This document shows, piece after piece, positions 1-14,072 of a stretch of DNA of 64,000 nt. The notes below the pieces were generated by a model. It worked only from the letters and a program-made list of their open reading frames with translations. It was not told where the DNA came from and made no database searches. This stretch comes from Octopus sinensis (lineage: Eukaryota): positions 51,894,001 through 51,958,000 of the forward strand of contig NC_043000.1 of the NCBI RefSeq assembly GCF_006345805.1. Reading direction: 5' to 3'. How positions within the stretch are numbered: the stretch's first letter is position 1; the number at the start of each line of letters is the position of its first letter. A program made the position numbers and the translations under genes.

Positions 1-641
1 GCCTAAAGCAAGTAAAAGATAAAAGAATGTTGATCAGTGTGTAAAATATCATATAGAATGTCCAACCCTTGGTAGCATAGAAAACAGATGTTAAATGATG
101 ATGGTTGTGACGATGATGGTTATTATTGTGCAATACAAACAGTTCTTTGGAACTAGAAAAAACTGCAATCATTTTAACTCTGAGGAGAGAGAGTAAGGGA
201 GAGAGTTTGTAAAACATAATCCTGTTATACCAAACTTATAAAGCACATTCTTCCATTAGTTCTGAGCCATTACCAGAAGAAATAAGTATTACTTACAATT
301 CAGTGTCTTCTAACCATTCAACTATAAAGTATATGCTTCTCCTGAAAATTCTGATACCAGTATTAAAACTTTTGCAGCTTATCCCACTTGTGTAGTGTTT
401 ATTCTAGAATATAAAGCATCTAGGCTATATTTATATTTGAACCAAAGTCAATAGTTCTTCCCCAATTTTATCATCTTTTATTTAATGTACATTTTAAGTT
501 TATCACTTAGATTTGTTTTATTCTTTTATCTATTCTGTTAAAACATATCCGAAACAAATGTAAAATAGATCTACTCCAAGTATATATATACATATATATC
601 AAAAGAATTTTATAATAACCTCTATTTCTTGCTCTTTTCAG

Positions 642-813
642 TATGTGGGTTCAACTATAAGAGTATTTTAGCATCTTCTGGGTTTTTCACTTCACCAAAT
701 TATCCAGGAAAATACCCAAGAATAACGGAATGTCACTATCTGTTTTATGGTCAGAAAGGTGAAAAAGTAATAATTGACTTCACAAAATTTGAAGTTGATG
801 GTGTTAAACCAAA
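642..813 (+). CDS. sol-1: Internal coding exon: N-terminal half of a CUB domain (SOL-1-like, probably the last CUB)
   Basis: Polypyrimidine tract plus CAG acceptor (639-641) and GTAAGT donor at 814. The phase 1 to phase 2 exon reads VCGFNYKSILASSGFFTSPNYPGKYPRITECHYLFYGQKGEKVIIDFTKFEVDGVKP, with the CUB motif C-G..G.F.SPNYP..YP...C. The symbol rests on recalled similarity to the fourth CUB of invertebrate SOL-1 and is not verified by a search. Confidence 0.9.
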
Positions 814-1866
814 GTAAGTAAAAATGCTCTCATTTCTAATTCTAGTAGCTGTTAAGATAAAATGGTTTCTTGAATTTACATTCTTACAACATTAAATATT
901 GAATGGAAAATGTCTAGAAAACATTACATTCACAATCATCCATGTAATGTTACTGTAAGTGGACTATTAATCTCTAGGATTTGTGGCAAGAGTTCTTAAA
1001 TTTTATTCAATTAAGATTTCGAATTTCTCCCCCAAAATGTACTAAATATGTGGAAATTAAGAAATTTCCTTTTGTGATATTCACATATTGATTTATTTTA
1101 AGTAGAAACAAATCCAATATTTTTGGTGGTGTGGGTGGGATAATTAATTGAATTATTGATATTTATTTTATCAATCATTGATGGATGGAGGTACATTTGA
1201 TCTCTGCAGCATTTGAAAGCCAACTTGACGGAGCTACAACTAAATACTGTAACATTCGGTTTTATGATAGCCTGACTTTGCCGTTTTAATTAAGAGCAGC
1301 TAAGATGTTTTACTAGTGGAATGTGAGAAAGTCTTTAATCTCACTACTTGGCAACTAGAAATGGGTTATCATTTAATTATCTTATAATTCAACAAACTAC
1401 TTCAAAGCTATGGGTAATTTTAACTATAATAGTCACTCTTCTGAATATTATATGGAGAATGTCCATTGTTGTGTCCAGGAGAAAAATAATTATCTCCTAC
1501 CATCCAATTTGAATATATTAGAATATTATATAATAGAATTATTTTAATTCTATTCCATGATATTCTACTCTATTTTAATTTGAAACTGTGTTGCATATAA
1601 AACATAAAATATACAAACATGGCTAAAAAGACAGAAGCTTTTTAAAAGAAGGGCTCTTTGTATAAAGAAACATTGTATAAAATGCATTAAACAAATGTGA
1701 AACTGTTATAACGTAAGGTTTGATTTCTATCATTTTAAGACTACAATGTAGAAGTAGAACAAGGACGTTTATGAAATTACTTTTATTTTTGCAGTGTCAG
1801 TAAATTTACGGAAACTTAATTTTTTTCAGTTTCATAATATTAATTCATTTCCTTTCTTCCTTTCAG

Positions 1867-2087
1867 CTGTGACGAAGAACATAAAAGTGATTATGTTTCT
1901 TTCTCTAACTTCTTCACCACACAAGATAGAAAAATGGATCGGTTCTGTGGTTTGAGAACGGGGAAGAATAATACGGTCAAGTCCGATGGCGAATTTTTCA
2001 AAGTCACATTCAAATCTAATGGCATCTATGATGCCCTTGGTTTCATGGCAAAATATAGATTTGTACAAACAAACAATAAACAGTCAC
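1867..2087 (+). CDS. sol-1: Internal coding exon: C-terminal half of the same CUB domain
   Basis: tttcag acceptor ends at 1866 and GTAAGT donor starts at 2088. The exon splices in frame with 642-813 (AA+C = Asn): CDEEHKSDYVSFSNFFTTQDRKMDRFCGLRTGKNNTVKSDGEFFKVTFKSNGIYDALGFMAKYRF. The SDYV.FSNF..DRK..R.CG pattern is SOL-1-like. Confidence 0.9.
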
Positions 2088-3889
2088 GTAAGTATCCCAA
2101 AATGTTATTTTTAAAGATATACTTCTTTCCACTAAAATTAAATGTCATTGTTTAATGTTATTTGTATTGCATTGTCACTAAAGGCCAATATAATAGCCTT
2201 GAACTTTGTTCCTTCATCTTTCATTGATCATTTTGAATTCCTTCATGTAAGGCCAACTTATAGCTTAAAATATTTGTGAAATAATGTATATAATTTCACA
2301 AAAATCTATCCTATAAATATATACTTTAAAGCGTATTCTAACAGTAATCTTTACAATTTATCTAGAGATTGAAAAAGATAAATCAGTTTTGCTGTTCCCT
2401 TTCAAAATTAATTGTTTAAACAAACAAGTATTAATATTCAGTTTCACATTTAAAAACCATATCAAAATTGAATACATCGCTTTGATTTAGAGATGTTTTG
2501 CCCTCAAACATTATTTTGAATACAATAAATGTGAAAATATCCCACAAAAAGATCAATTTTTATCCATTTAACATTTCAAATAGTAAAAAGAGTATAATAC
2601 AAGACATTAATTCATTGGAACTTGGAAATGTCTAAATGTCTGAGATAAGATGTTAAATTTATATATCAGACTTAAGCTCATCTTTGAAGATGAAAAATGT
2701 TTTGATAAGTTTATCTCTGATTGCCATTTAGAAATAAAGGTTCCAAGTTTGAATCCAGTCTTGTGTTATGCATACATCCAGTATCACTTGATGATGATCA
2801 GATATCAAATCAGTCTGATTTAATGAAAATATTTAAACATTTTCCTTATGTGTGTGTGTGTGTCTTTTAGGTAAATAGTTGAAAACTTACCATATAAATT
2901 ATTTTTAAATAATTAAATAATCTAATTAGAGTAAAGTATGTCATGATTTGGATCAGGTAAATGGATAGCCAGCACCTAAAATATGGAGCAAAATGGGTAA
3001 AATTTAATAATAATAATAATAATAATAAAGTTCATGGTTAAGCAATTTTGAATTTCCAAGTAAAAGACCTTATTAGATGTAATTTTTACGATAAATATCT
3101 GTAAAACATTAGTATATTCTACCTTCAGAGATTTATATAAGTGACATACATTTTCACTGGATGATAATCAAATCACTAAGTAACTGCACCTTATTACACA
3201 AAGCATTATCCACATGACTCTTTTTAGGGTCCAGAGGAGCTTTACAGCAAATAAGAATGACTTTTCTCTTAGGCAGCCAAATTATTGTTCTATAATATAT
3301 GCTGCTTAATTAAGATAGAAAATTTGCATGTTATATGGTATAAATACATTACCTAAACTTCTGTATTTTATAAAATCAAGTATTATTTCTAGAAGTTGGT
3401 ACACATTCATATTGGTGAATACATAATTCTACTGTATATTGGTAGCTCCATACTTGTAGTACTTAGATAAGCTACTGTTCTCTCTCCACATTGTCTCCTA
3501 ATCCTTAACATTTCATGCCTCTGATCCTCACATCGCAGATATGCAAATTTCTCCCTTCCTAATTCACCCTTAAATAAATATACCTGTCACATAGCTGCTT
3601 TTCTAGCCATTTGATAATGCTCCTTACTACTACTTAACTTCCTGTCTTTCCAAATTTCTCTCTCCGCCGTTTCTGTACTATGACCTGTATATTTCTCTCA
3701 TGTTATTTTTGGCTTGGCTAGAACTCTGCTCCAGCCACATGTCTCTCCCAGTATATAGTTATTGCTGTTAATATTTGTAAAAGTTTCAGTTTTCATTTAT
3801 GCATCATTTGGAGTTTCTGAAAATCTATTCCCAATTAAAGCATCTTTTAGTTTACATATCTTACTCCTTTTTGCCTTTCATTTCTGTGC

Positions 3890-4620
3890 CTGCCTAGCCA
3901 CTTATATGTGTTGTGTATTGTATTCTTTGTCAGAAAAGGTTTTGGTATTTACAGTAGATCTTCTGTTCCACTTCCTAGTGAGAATGTAATCTGTCTGACT
4001 TGTGTGTTCTCCAGATTGGTAGGTGATGAGGCAGTTGGCTGGTTTCCTAAAGTCTGTGTAGCAAATTGTTTGATTGCATTGCAAAACTCCACAAACCTTA
4101 CATCCTCTTCGTATTTTGAACCACATCCACAGCTTTTATATTACATAGGCTATTGATAAATATATTGGCCAATAATGTCTGTTGAAATCACCTGCACAAT
4201 GCTGAAATCACTGTCAACCTTGCCTGTGGTGCATATGCAGAGATAACCATCATGGTTAAGTTACCTATAATTAGCCCCATCTTAATTATCTTTTCAAATA
4301 GCCTGACTACCTCAATCACTTTTTCAACTAACAATATGCCTACTCCACCCCTGCTGTCACTATTACTCAACCCAGAAGAATTTGTGTTGCTGTCTCTTGC
4401 ATGTGAGGAGTTTGGTTGAGGATCCTTTACACCTTACCTTTTGCACACAATCGTTTGGCTCCACTCTTGCATTTTCACAATCTCACCAGATCTACCTTTC
4501 ATCATGCTAATGGTTATGGTTGCAGTTTTGGAACCTACAGGAAGAGGCTGGATGTATTTTCAGTGGGAAGGTTGCTTGGTTGTTGGTTCTTTACTGCTTG
4601 ATGACATCTACACCTGTGAG
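3890..4620 (-). mobile_element. Decayed RTE-clade LINE fragment (AP endonuclease region), intronic
   Basis: Minus-strand translations give MKGRSGEIVKM, GGVGILLVEKVIEVVR..VISAYAPQ and TYQSGEHTSQTDYILTRK, all RTE APE motifs, broken by stops and frameshifts. Confidence 0.75.
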
Positions 4621-5024
4621 GAATAAGAAAAATTGCACAATGTTGGTAGATTTACGCACAGTTACATTTGTCTTCTCATTTAGCTTGCCATTAATGAAAA
4701 AAAGAAATACAGGAAACAACTCATGTGGACCAATGTACACATATGCAAGTTCTTTTTATTTTTCATCTTCTCCAAGACTTCTAGTTCTCACATAAATGTT
4801 AAAGCTATAGTGTCAGGCTATTCACTTTTATCTCTTGGGAACTTCAAACAAGTTTTTCTACTTTGTCATCTGAAGTGTTCTCTTTGACTCATTAAATTTC
4901 ATTCAATAGTTTGTGGAGTATTGGATAATGAAATGCAATTACTTTTTGATGAGGTTAATATTTGGTCCACACAGCTTCAGTTTGAAGCAAGACATGTTTA
5001 GACATTCAGGTGTCTGTTTCTACT

Positions 5025-5650
5025 ATGTTTGCTTGCTTCATGGTCTTGTTTGATGGGGCTGGGGTCATCTCAGGTTAGTAGTCCCAGAGATGTCATCATG
5101 CATAGAACCAACCAGGTCCACCAGTGCTCTTCATTGCTGACAGTCCTATCCCAGCCCCTCAGCATCTTTCAAGGTGACATTGTGCCTCTGGAAATCTTCT
5201 CCAATATACATACAGACATGTGCAGGGCTGGCTATGAAGCCTCTTCCAGCTGGAAGCTGCCACATTACATGAGAGTAAATCCCTGGTAGGATGATCTAGC
5301 GGGAGACAGAGAAGATGTCCATACCAGTGCATGTGAGAGGTAGCTATGAGATAGGAGGCTGTGGGCTGATGCATGCATGCAGTTCTTTGTTGGAAACATG
5401 ATGGTACCACCTGATGTTCTCACTGGTTCTCAGGGTTTTGCTATCAAAGCTGTCAATCCTCTTTGCTAAGGGCTTTGAGAGGGGCTACATTTCTGCTCCA
5501 TACAGGAGAATAAAGAAGGTCAGTGCACTGTAGATGTGGAGCTTTATCTTCCAGGAAATAGAGCAGTGGTACCAAAGGGGATTCCATGACCCCTGGCAGC
5601 CAGACCACATTTGCAGTTGATCTCTGGGGGTCAAGTTTCCATAAGCATTA
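5025..5650 (-). mobile_element. Decayed RTE-like LINE 3' end (RT C-terminus), intronic
   Basis: Minus strand gives KIKLHIYSAL..ILLYGAE..L.K.LAKRIDSFDSKTLR and WYGHLLCLPLDHP, followed by a CAAG-like tail. Confidence 0.7.
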
Positions 5651-5761
5651 TCATATTCATATACTTACTAATGTGTGTGTGTGTCTATATATATATATGT
5701 GTGTTCTATTTTTAACACTATTAACTGAGTTTTCTTTTTCCATTTTTTCCTTTTCTTTCAG

Positions 5762-5886
5762 CAGATGTACCTAAAACAAGTAAAGCCCCAAGAACATACA
5801 CTATTGGTGGTGATAGCTGTTCTTTATATGAACACAGCCAACAATGGACGAGTATCTTATGTCTACTTGTATTTTTTCTGTTGTGA
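5762..5886 (+). CDS. sol-1: Probable terminal coding exon: Ser/Thr/Pro stalk plus hydrophobic C-terminus
   Basis: Long T/C tract and CAG acceptor at 5759-5761. The phase 1 frame matches the upstream donor and reads (P)DVPKTSKAPRTYTIGGDSCSLYEHSQQWTSILCLLVFFLL-TGA (stop 5884-5886). This frame is not in the ORF track. Confidence 0.75.
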
Positions 5887-8800
5887 CCGTTTTAATGCCA
5901 CCTGCTTTGGATGTCAAAGAAAAAAATATATACAAATATTGAACTAATCAGCTGCATGCTTCACAGAGTTCTGATCCATATTACCTACCCACAACCATCA
6001 GAATAATATGTAGGCCTCAAAGAGGCTTACATGCTCTATAATCTCCTACCCAACAACTATCATCAGAAATAAGATAGGTTATGAGGGGTTTTCCTCTATG
6101 ATCTTATATATTGTCCAAATCCATAGAAATGAAATACTAATTTACAGAAGAAAGGAAAAATTTATATACACATACACGTATATGCATGCATGTATATACA
6201 CACACATATATATATATACAGATATATATGCATGTATATAAACATGTATATACAGACATATACATACACATATATTACATATATATCCTTGTGTTTTGTT
6301 TTTCAGTTTTTAGCATAAGTTATCCCTGCCCCTCAAAATGTATTACTTAATTTTTGATTTTCTGCTTTAAATCCAAATTCACTATTTTTACTACTGGAAT
6401 TTAAAGACAGAAAATTGTTGCCTCTTTTCTTTCTTAATTTTGTCTATAAACCTAAACAACAATAATAATAATACTAATGTATTTTAATGTTTTAAGAAGA
6501 ATCTTAGTGCCTAAGTATATTAACTTCAAAAGAACTGAAAGCAAAATTTTAAAAATGTCTTGAAGACATTAACAAAGTTGTTTTCAATAATACCAAAATA
6601 TTAGATTAATTTTTACTGTGGTTAGGTGAATGAAATACAAATAGATAAATAATTATATATATATATATTAAATATCTTAATTTGCATGAGTTTTAATACA
6701 AGAAAAGTTAGAATAACCAAACTTACCTAACAAGAAAAAGCATTTTTAATTTTATAAAATTTGCAAAATAAAGCATATTATATAAAACAATTTTTTGTTT
6801 TTAATTGATGATAATTATTTACTAAGTACTAACATATTCGATTCTGAACTCTTTGGAGAAGATTCTGAGTTAGTTGTGTGGTATAGCTGAAAGAAAATAA
6901 AAGAAAAGATGATATTCTTGACTCTAAGAAAGGAGGTAAGAGCTAATGGAGCATGCCTAGCACTGATTTGGTAGCTGGTTGTAAATGGTGAGCCTATTCT
7001 TCTGTTGAAGATCTGCATACATATTTTGTCTATGCATGTGGAAACATTACATTTATAATATTAAGGAAATTTGTTTTCTTATAAAACATAAAAAAAAACA
7101 CACAGAAATCAATAAATAATAATTGCTTAAGGAAAGGTGGAGAAAATATGTTTTTTCTCTGTTCTACCTGCACATCCTTGTCAAATTCTTCATCACATAA
7201 AGAAGAAATACAAATATTACATGGAAAGCCACAACTATAACCAATAAATGAATCATTATCATAACAGAATAATTTATACAATCCAGGAATGAAAAAAAAA
7301 AAATGGAAAGTAAATATTAAAAACCTTGCCAAAAGGTCATCACCGAATTGCAGGAAGATATTCTTCTTTGCGGTGAGTTTTTCAGGCAAAATGGCATTTC
7401 CGCTCAACGACATGCGAATGCCTGCAATCACGGGATTCATTAGAACTGTATCACAACTGAACTCTCATCAGGTACCAGATTTGGTTCTAAGCTTGACACT
7501 AGAAATCTAGATTACTAGATTGTTATTTTATAGCTGAAACAGGAAAAATTAATAAACGTGAATAAATTAATATAAGTGATTACTAAGTAAAGAAATCATG
7601 AGATACTAAATATTAGGAAACGTAGAAAAATGAGGAAGTGAAGAAATAAAAATTACACTGGTGCTCATAAGGAAATAACAACAATATTATTAATCTAAAA
7701 ACAAGTTAAGATGTATGTAAGGAAATAGAAGGAATTATTAAAAAAGTGATAACTTTTCATAACTCCAATGCTTGATTTAACTAAATTGAGTAGATTGAAA
7801 CTTTAATCAAATAATTAAAATATTAATAGAACAGTTAATCCTTAGCAAAAACACTATGCAAATGATGATGATTCATAACAGTGAGATATAATAAATTATC
7901 TGTTAGCTGGGCCTGAACATCATTACTTGTGAGATTATTGGATATCTTCTACATCATAATTCAAATAATGATAAAAGTATACATATGTACATGTGTGTAT
8001 ATATATATACATACATACACACACATATATATATACATACATACACACACATATATGTGTGTATATATATATATATATACATGTATATATATGTGTGTGT
8101 GTATATATATATGTATATATATCGATACAGAGATAGATAGATAGATATACATAGATATACTGAGAGAGAGCAATAGAAACTGAATAAGTACAGAGAGAGG
8201 GGAAAAATTATTTAAATTAGTTTAAAACTTATAAAGCAAGCCAAATGGTTTCACATCTCAATTGGAAGATTCGAGGGTTTTCAAGTGTGGCTACTTTCTA
8301 GATACTTGTGTTGATTTCATTTCTTTACTATTTTAATTTTTAGTTATGTATTATGAACCAATAAGTGGTTGTTTTTTTTTTCTTTTTCCCCATTTTGTTT
8401 TTATCTATATATATATTTTTTTTTTAAACAACATAACTTGACCTGATCCATTGTAGATTTGCTGGTTGGGTTTATATTTAGAAACAAAACAAATTTATAT
8501 CAAAAAACTAGCATCTGATATGATGTGAAATAGTGATAATGTTCATCAACTTGCTTTATATGTTTTCAAAAGAAAAAAAAAATAATATATATATTCAACA
8601 AAATAAAATCAAGAAGAAAAATAAAAGAAACTTCAAATCGAAACAGAATTTTGAAAGGTAAAAAAGAAAAGAAAAAAAAAAGAAAATGAATAAACAATCA
8701 AATATGAAGTCAAAATGATTGAACTGCTGTAAAGCATGACACAGAAAGTTGTTACCAAATTTTCATAAAAAACAAAAACAAACAAAAAAATGCATCCTCA

Positions 8801-11800
8801 AATGAAAAAGATGAACAAAAACTTGTTATTATTTTGGGTTTTTTTTTTCTTTTTTTTAGGGAGAATTGCTGAAAAGATTTTAATGAAACACTAGATAAAA
8901 CTTAGTAGAAATTGTGAGAGGAGGTTGAAAAATTAAAATGGTAAAAAAGAGAATCATGATGGCAAAACAAAAGAAAAAAGGTTTAGGTTTATGTTTGTTA
9001 AAATTAAATTATTGATTAATAGCATAAAAAATTATTTTGAAAATGGTTGACCGGTCATCATTTCTTGTCAATCTTGACTTTCATAATAAGCATTATTTGA
9101 CAAGAGATTTAAATTAGGCATAAGTCAGCGGTATTCTACTTTTCAGAGAATATGTAAGGTATCAGAAACGAGTGATGAGCTTTTGTCATAAAAGCTGAAT
9201 TGATAATCAACTTTTGCTTACATAGTTATCATTCCTGAAAAGGCATCATTGCATTTTCCATCACAATGCATATGCCTCATATATATATATATGTGTGTGT
9301 GTGTGTATGTTTGTTTATATGTATATAATGTGAATGAATAATATGTATATATATATGTGTGTATGTTTGTATATGTATGTGTGTGTGTATATGTATATAT
9401 ATATTCATATAAATATATATACATACATATACATATATCTATATATATAGATATATATGTATATCTATACATATATATATCTGTATATATATATATATAC
9501 ATATATATCTATATATATATACATATATATATCCATCTATATATACATATATCCATCTATATATACATATATAGATATATATATACATATATCTATCTAT
9601 ATATACATATATAGATATATATGTATACATATATATATCTATATACATACATATATATATATATGTATATACAAATATATACATATGCATATATATATAC
9701 ACATATACATATATATGCATACATACATATAGACACATATATACATATATATATACATATAGACACATATATACATATATATATATACATATAGACACAC
9801 ATATATAATATATATATATACATACATACATAGACACACATATATACAATATATATATATATACATACATAGACACACATATATACAATATATATATATA
9901 CATACATATATATATTCATATATATATACATATATACACATTTATATATGCATATATATTTATATATACACATACATATATACATAGATGTGTGTGTGTG
10001 TATATATATATATCTGTGTGTCTGTATCTAAGTGCATTTGTATATATGTATATGTGGGTATGTGTGTGTATGTACGTACATCTGTATATAGATGTGAGAA
10101 TGCATATCTATGTTTGAGCATGTCTTTATGCCTGCGTATATGTATATATTTCAGAATTATATTATTTGCCAAGGGTAATATTTAAACTAATTAACTCATA
10201 GTTATTTAGAATACTCCTATTTATATTCAGTTCAGAGTTGTTATTGTTATTAATAATAATGTCAATGTTGTTGATTGTGATGACTGAATTTATATATACT
10301 TTGTTAATAAGTTGTAAAAATATATTTAAAATTCATTACATCCTGCATCATTATTTGCCCATGCATAAATTAATACGATCTGCTTTCATTAATGCAAGAT
10401 AAGATACATTTTAAAAATAGCATTAATGATAAAAATCTTATAGTTGAAATATATATATTATTTGACTAAATATATTGAATATACATTAGTTGACTAGATA
10501 TATTGAAAACTCTATGAGAAAATTAAGCTATGGGTTGAACTAATTGTCTGTTATATGACAGGAAAAAGGTTAAAGGAAAATGTGAATGAATTATAAGATT
10601 AGTGAATAATGTAATAATAAGTTTTCAAATTTTAAGTAAAAATTACCTAATAATCAATTTATTATCGAAAGTACAATTCAGTTAAGGAATATCCATAAAA
10701 GTTGAATGTAAAACTGGAAAAAATTTTCCATACTCCCTGTTATTTAAAAATAGCCCAATAAGACACAATTAACATTTGTTTTGTTCATTCTTCTTCTTAT
10801 TACAGTTGGATATATATATGTATATAAGTATATATATATATCAGGTAACAAAAGAAGCATTACAAAAATGTTGACATGCCATTTTCTAAATGGGTATATG
10901 GAGATATAGGAAAAAAACAAATTATGAAACAAATATATATGAACCAATTTCCTTAAGTCATCCAGAGATAAAAAAAAAAAAAAAAGAGTATCTGGGAGCT
11001 TTGGAAAAAATAAAGAAATATATTTGGAAAAAAAGAAAAAAACAAACCAAAACCAAACAAACAAAAGCAGAGATGGCAACAAAACAATCCCAAAGCAGCT
11101 ATATTCTCCTCCTCTTCTTTCTCTTCCTTCGCCTCTTCTCCATTCCAGATCTGGACTGAAACCCTTTCCCATCATGTGACTGTTTGAAAAAGAACAACAA
11201 CAACAAGAAAAAATAAATAACAAAGTAATAAAGAAAGAAAAAATAAATGAAAAGAAAACAGAAAATTTTGGGGGAAAAGAAGTTAAATAATTTTCCCTTC
11301 CAGAACTCTTCCTTTGTTTATTAATTCATTTAATTAGAGTTCACAAATGCTTGAACAAACAAACAAAAAAGTGAAAAAAATATGATGCTTCTGATGTTCT
11401 ATACTGTGAATAATTTGTTATTTGTTATTATTATTATTATTATTATCATTATTATTATTTTGATTTCCATTATTATTAATTATTATTATTACCATTATTA
11501 TTTTTAATTTATTTAATTTTTTTTCTTTTGGAAACAACATGGACACCAATAAAAAATATTTACTTTTAAGGTTAAAAAATATATAAATAAAGAAAGAATA
11601 AAAGTGTTTAAATATACAGAGTCTAAAATATCTTTGAATTTGACATCTGACCAGTCATATGTTTTCTACCAGGAGAAGAATAAAGAACGACAAAAGAAGA
11701 TTTAAAAAAATAATGCAATTGGAAATATTTCCTTAAACTCGGTTGCAAAACAGCCAAATTAAATTCAGAATGAAAATGGTATGGAGTATAGGTGACTTCA

Positions 11801-14028
11801 TTTCATACATTGTTTGGTTAATTGATTGTTTTTCAGTTACTTTTACACCCCCAACTTTAATCTCATTTATATTGAAATTACAAACACACATGTAACCCTC
11901 ACATATATACATATATGTACATATACATGTAATGCATTTACATTAAAAAACAAAAACACACATACACACATATTTATGCATACATACATATATATATATA
12001 TGTATGTATAGGTAAACAGTAAAAATAATTACAGACATGGACAAGAACATGAAACACAAGAACGTATAAATTTTTGATGAGTAAGGGATTCTTTGGGAGT
12101 TTCACCCCTTTTGCATTGCTACTTTATTAGCTACATTATTATTAGGTACTATGTAAGTCACACAAGCATACAGACAGAAAAAAAATAACCTTTTGACAAA
12201 ACTAATTTTTAGTAAAAGAAAATGTATGGGACCTTACAAGCGTCGACATACTATAAAGATAAGCGTGATTAAGCCCTCGTTTACAAAAATTTTAAGTTAG
12301 TTTATTATATTGTTTTTGAAATTCATTATATAATTCAAAGAAAATCTACTTTGGCTAGCAAATACAATAAGAACAGTAATCACTGACTAGAGGCTGTGTT
12401 AATCACCAAAATATGTTGCTAATTTTCTTTTTTTATTTCCCTTTTAAAGTTTATGAGCTGTAGTTATTTAACTACTGACAAATTTTGAAAGAAAATATAT
12501 TAAAGAAGGAAACAATAAGAATAGAGACATTATTAAAGATAAATTTTAAAATAATTGTCTTTTCTTAATTAGGCATAATTTCCTACATCTAGAAGAAGAG
12601 GAAGTGTATAGATGCAGAATTAATTCATACTTTTCTCAAATTGCATTAGTTTAGCACTACTGTAAAGGAATTTTTTAGTATTATATTGGCAAAAAGCCTC
12701 AGGTTTGCGAAGTAAGGGGAAGTAGAGGAAACTGCTCACTCTGCCGTGTTATTCATGTAATAGAATGTGGCTACTATTTGGAATTGAAACCAGGTCACAG
12801 TGTCTGTTTTTAAAGACTGATTGACTGACAACTATGTCCATCACACCCAACACTTATATTAATTTTATTTTCTGTCCTACCTTCTAGTGCAGGGCCTACA
12901 TTTTGTATTCATGTATACTTGATGCATTCAAGATGTTGCTCCAACTGATGTAGTACTATTTGACATTGGAAGCCTACTCCCTTTAACCTTTCCTTGATGG
13001 GCCTGGTGAAGGCAAGTGGAAACTGAATTAAGAATGGAAAGAAGTGGAAAAGATATCACAAAGTGTGTTGTCTAGTGTTGTAATACTTCCACTCATCTAC
13101 TACTCTGAATTAGTACTTAATTCATCTTCCCCAAAAAGATGAAATGTAAAGTTGACCTTAGTGGGATATGATCTCAGAGAGCTAGAACTAATTCTGCCAC
13201 TTTGCCACCTTCAACATTAATAGCGATGATAACAATACATTATTATTGTTGTTATAAATATAATAATTTAAACAAAAATAGTATACAGGAAAGAGATAAA
13301 ATTATGACTGTGATACTAACTACAAACATCATTATTTATTAAGATTTCAAAGTTGTTGCAGGTGTTAACATAGAGCTAAACTTGATGGTTCACAATATCA
13401 AGTTTGGTACCAGATTTTTCTGGTAGGTCAACTCTCAGCCACAGACAGTTCTTTCCATCCCTGCTGTATAAAAAACATAAAAAATGATAATTTACTGAAG
13501 ACAAATGATAACAATTTACTGAAACTAATGAAAAAAAAAATCAATCTATTCCACCCAATCCCACCCCCCAACATACCTTACAAAGCAGGAGCCTTACAAC
13601 TAAGAGAGATATTAATTCTATCTACAGATATTATCATTATTATCAGTATTAAGATAATTATTGTTATGTTAGAAATCATTCTTAATGTTAGAATTCATTA
13701 TTTATGGTTATTGTTGCTCAGTATTAATATTTAAATTTCTGAAATTTACATACTGTTAACCATGCTTAAAACAAAATACAAAATGTCTACCTTATAAACT
13801 ACTCCAGTTATGTTTGTTTTTCCATTTGTCAACAACAAAACAATTAACAAAAAAAGAACCAAATGACAAATTCATTATTCCATAATCTTTGTTCTTTAAT
13901 GGATTGTTTCATGTTTTAATGTTATTTTATTTTACGTTATTCTTTTTTTGGTTTTCATACCTAACAGAACAAATTTCTGATATTAAGTTTGCACCAAATA
14001 ACATACATACATAATACATAACAATACA

Positions 14029-14072
<44 letters not shown>

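Noticed and set aside
7030-7440. 136-aa minus-strand ORF with a Cys cluster
   Set aside because: It has no recognisable domain, includes poly-Phe from A tracts, and lacks in-frame splice support.
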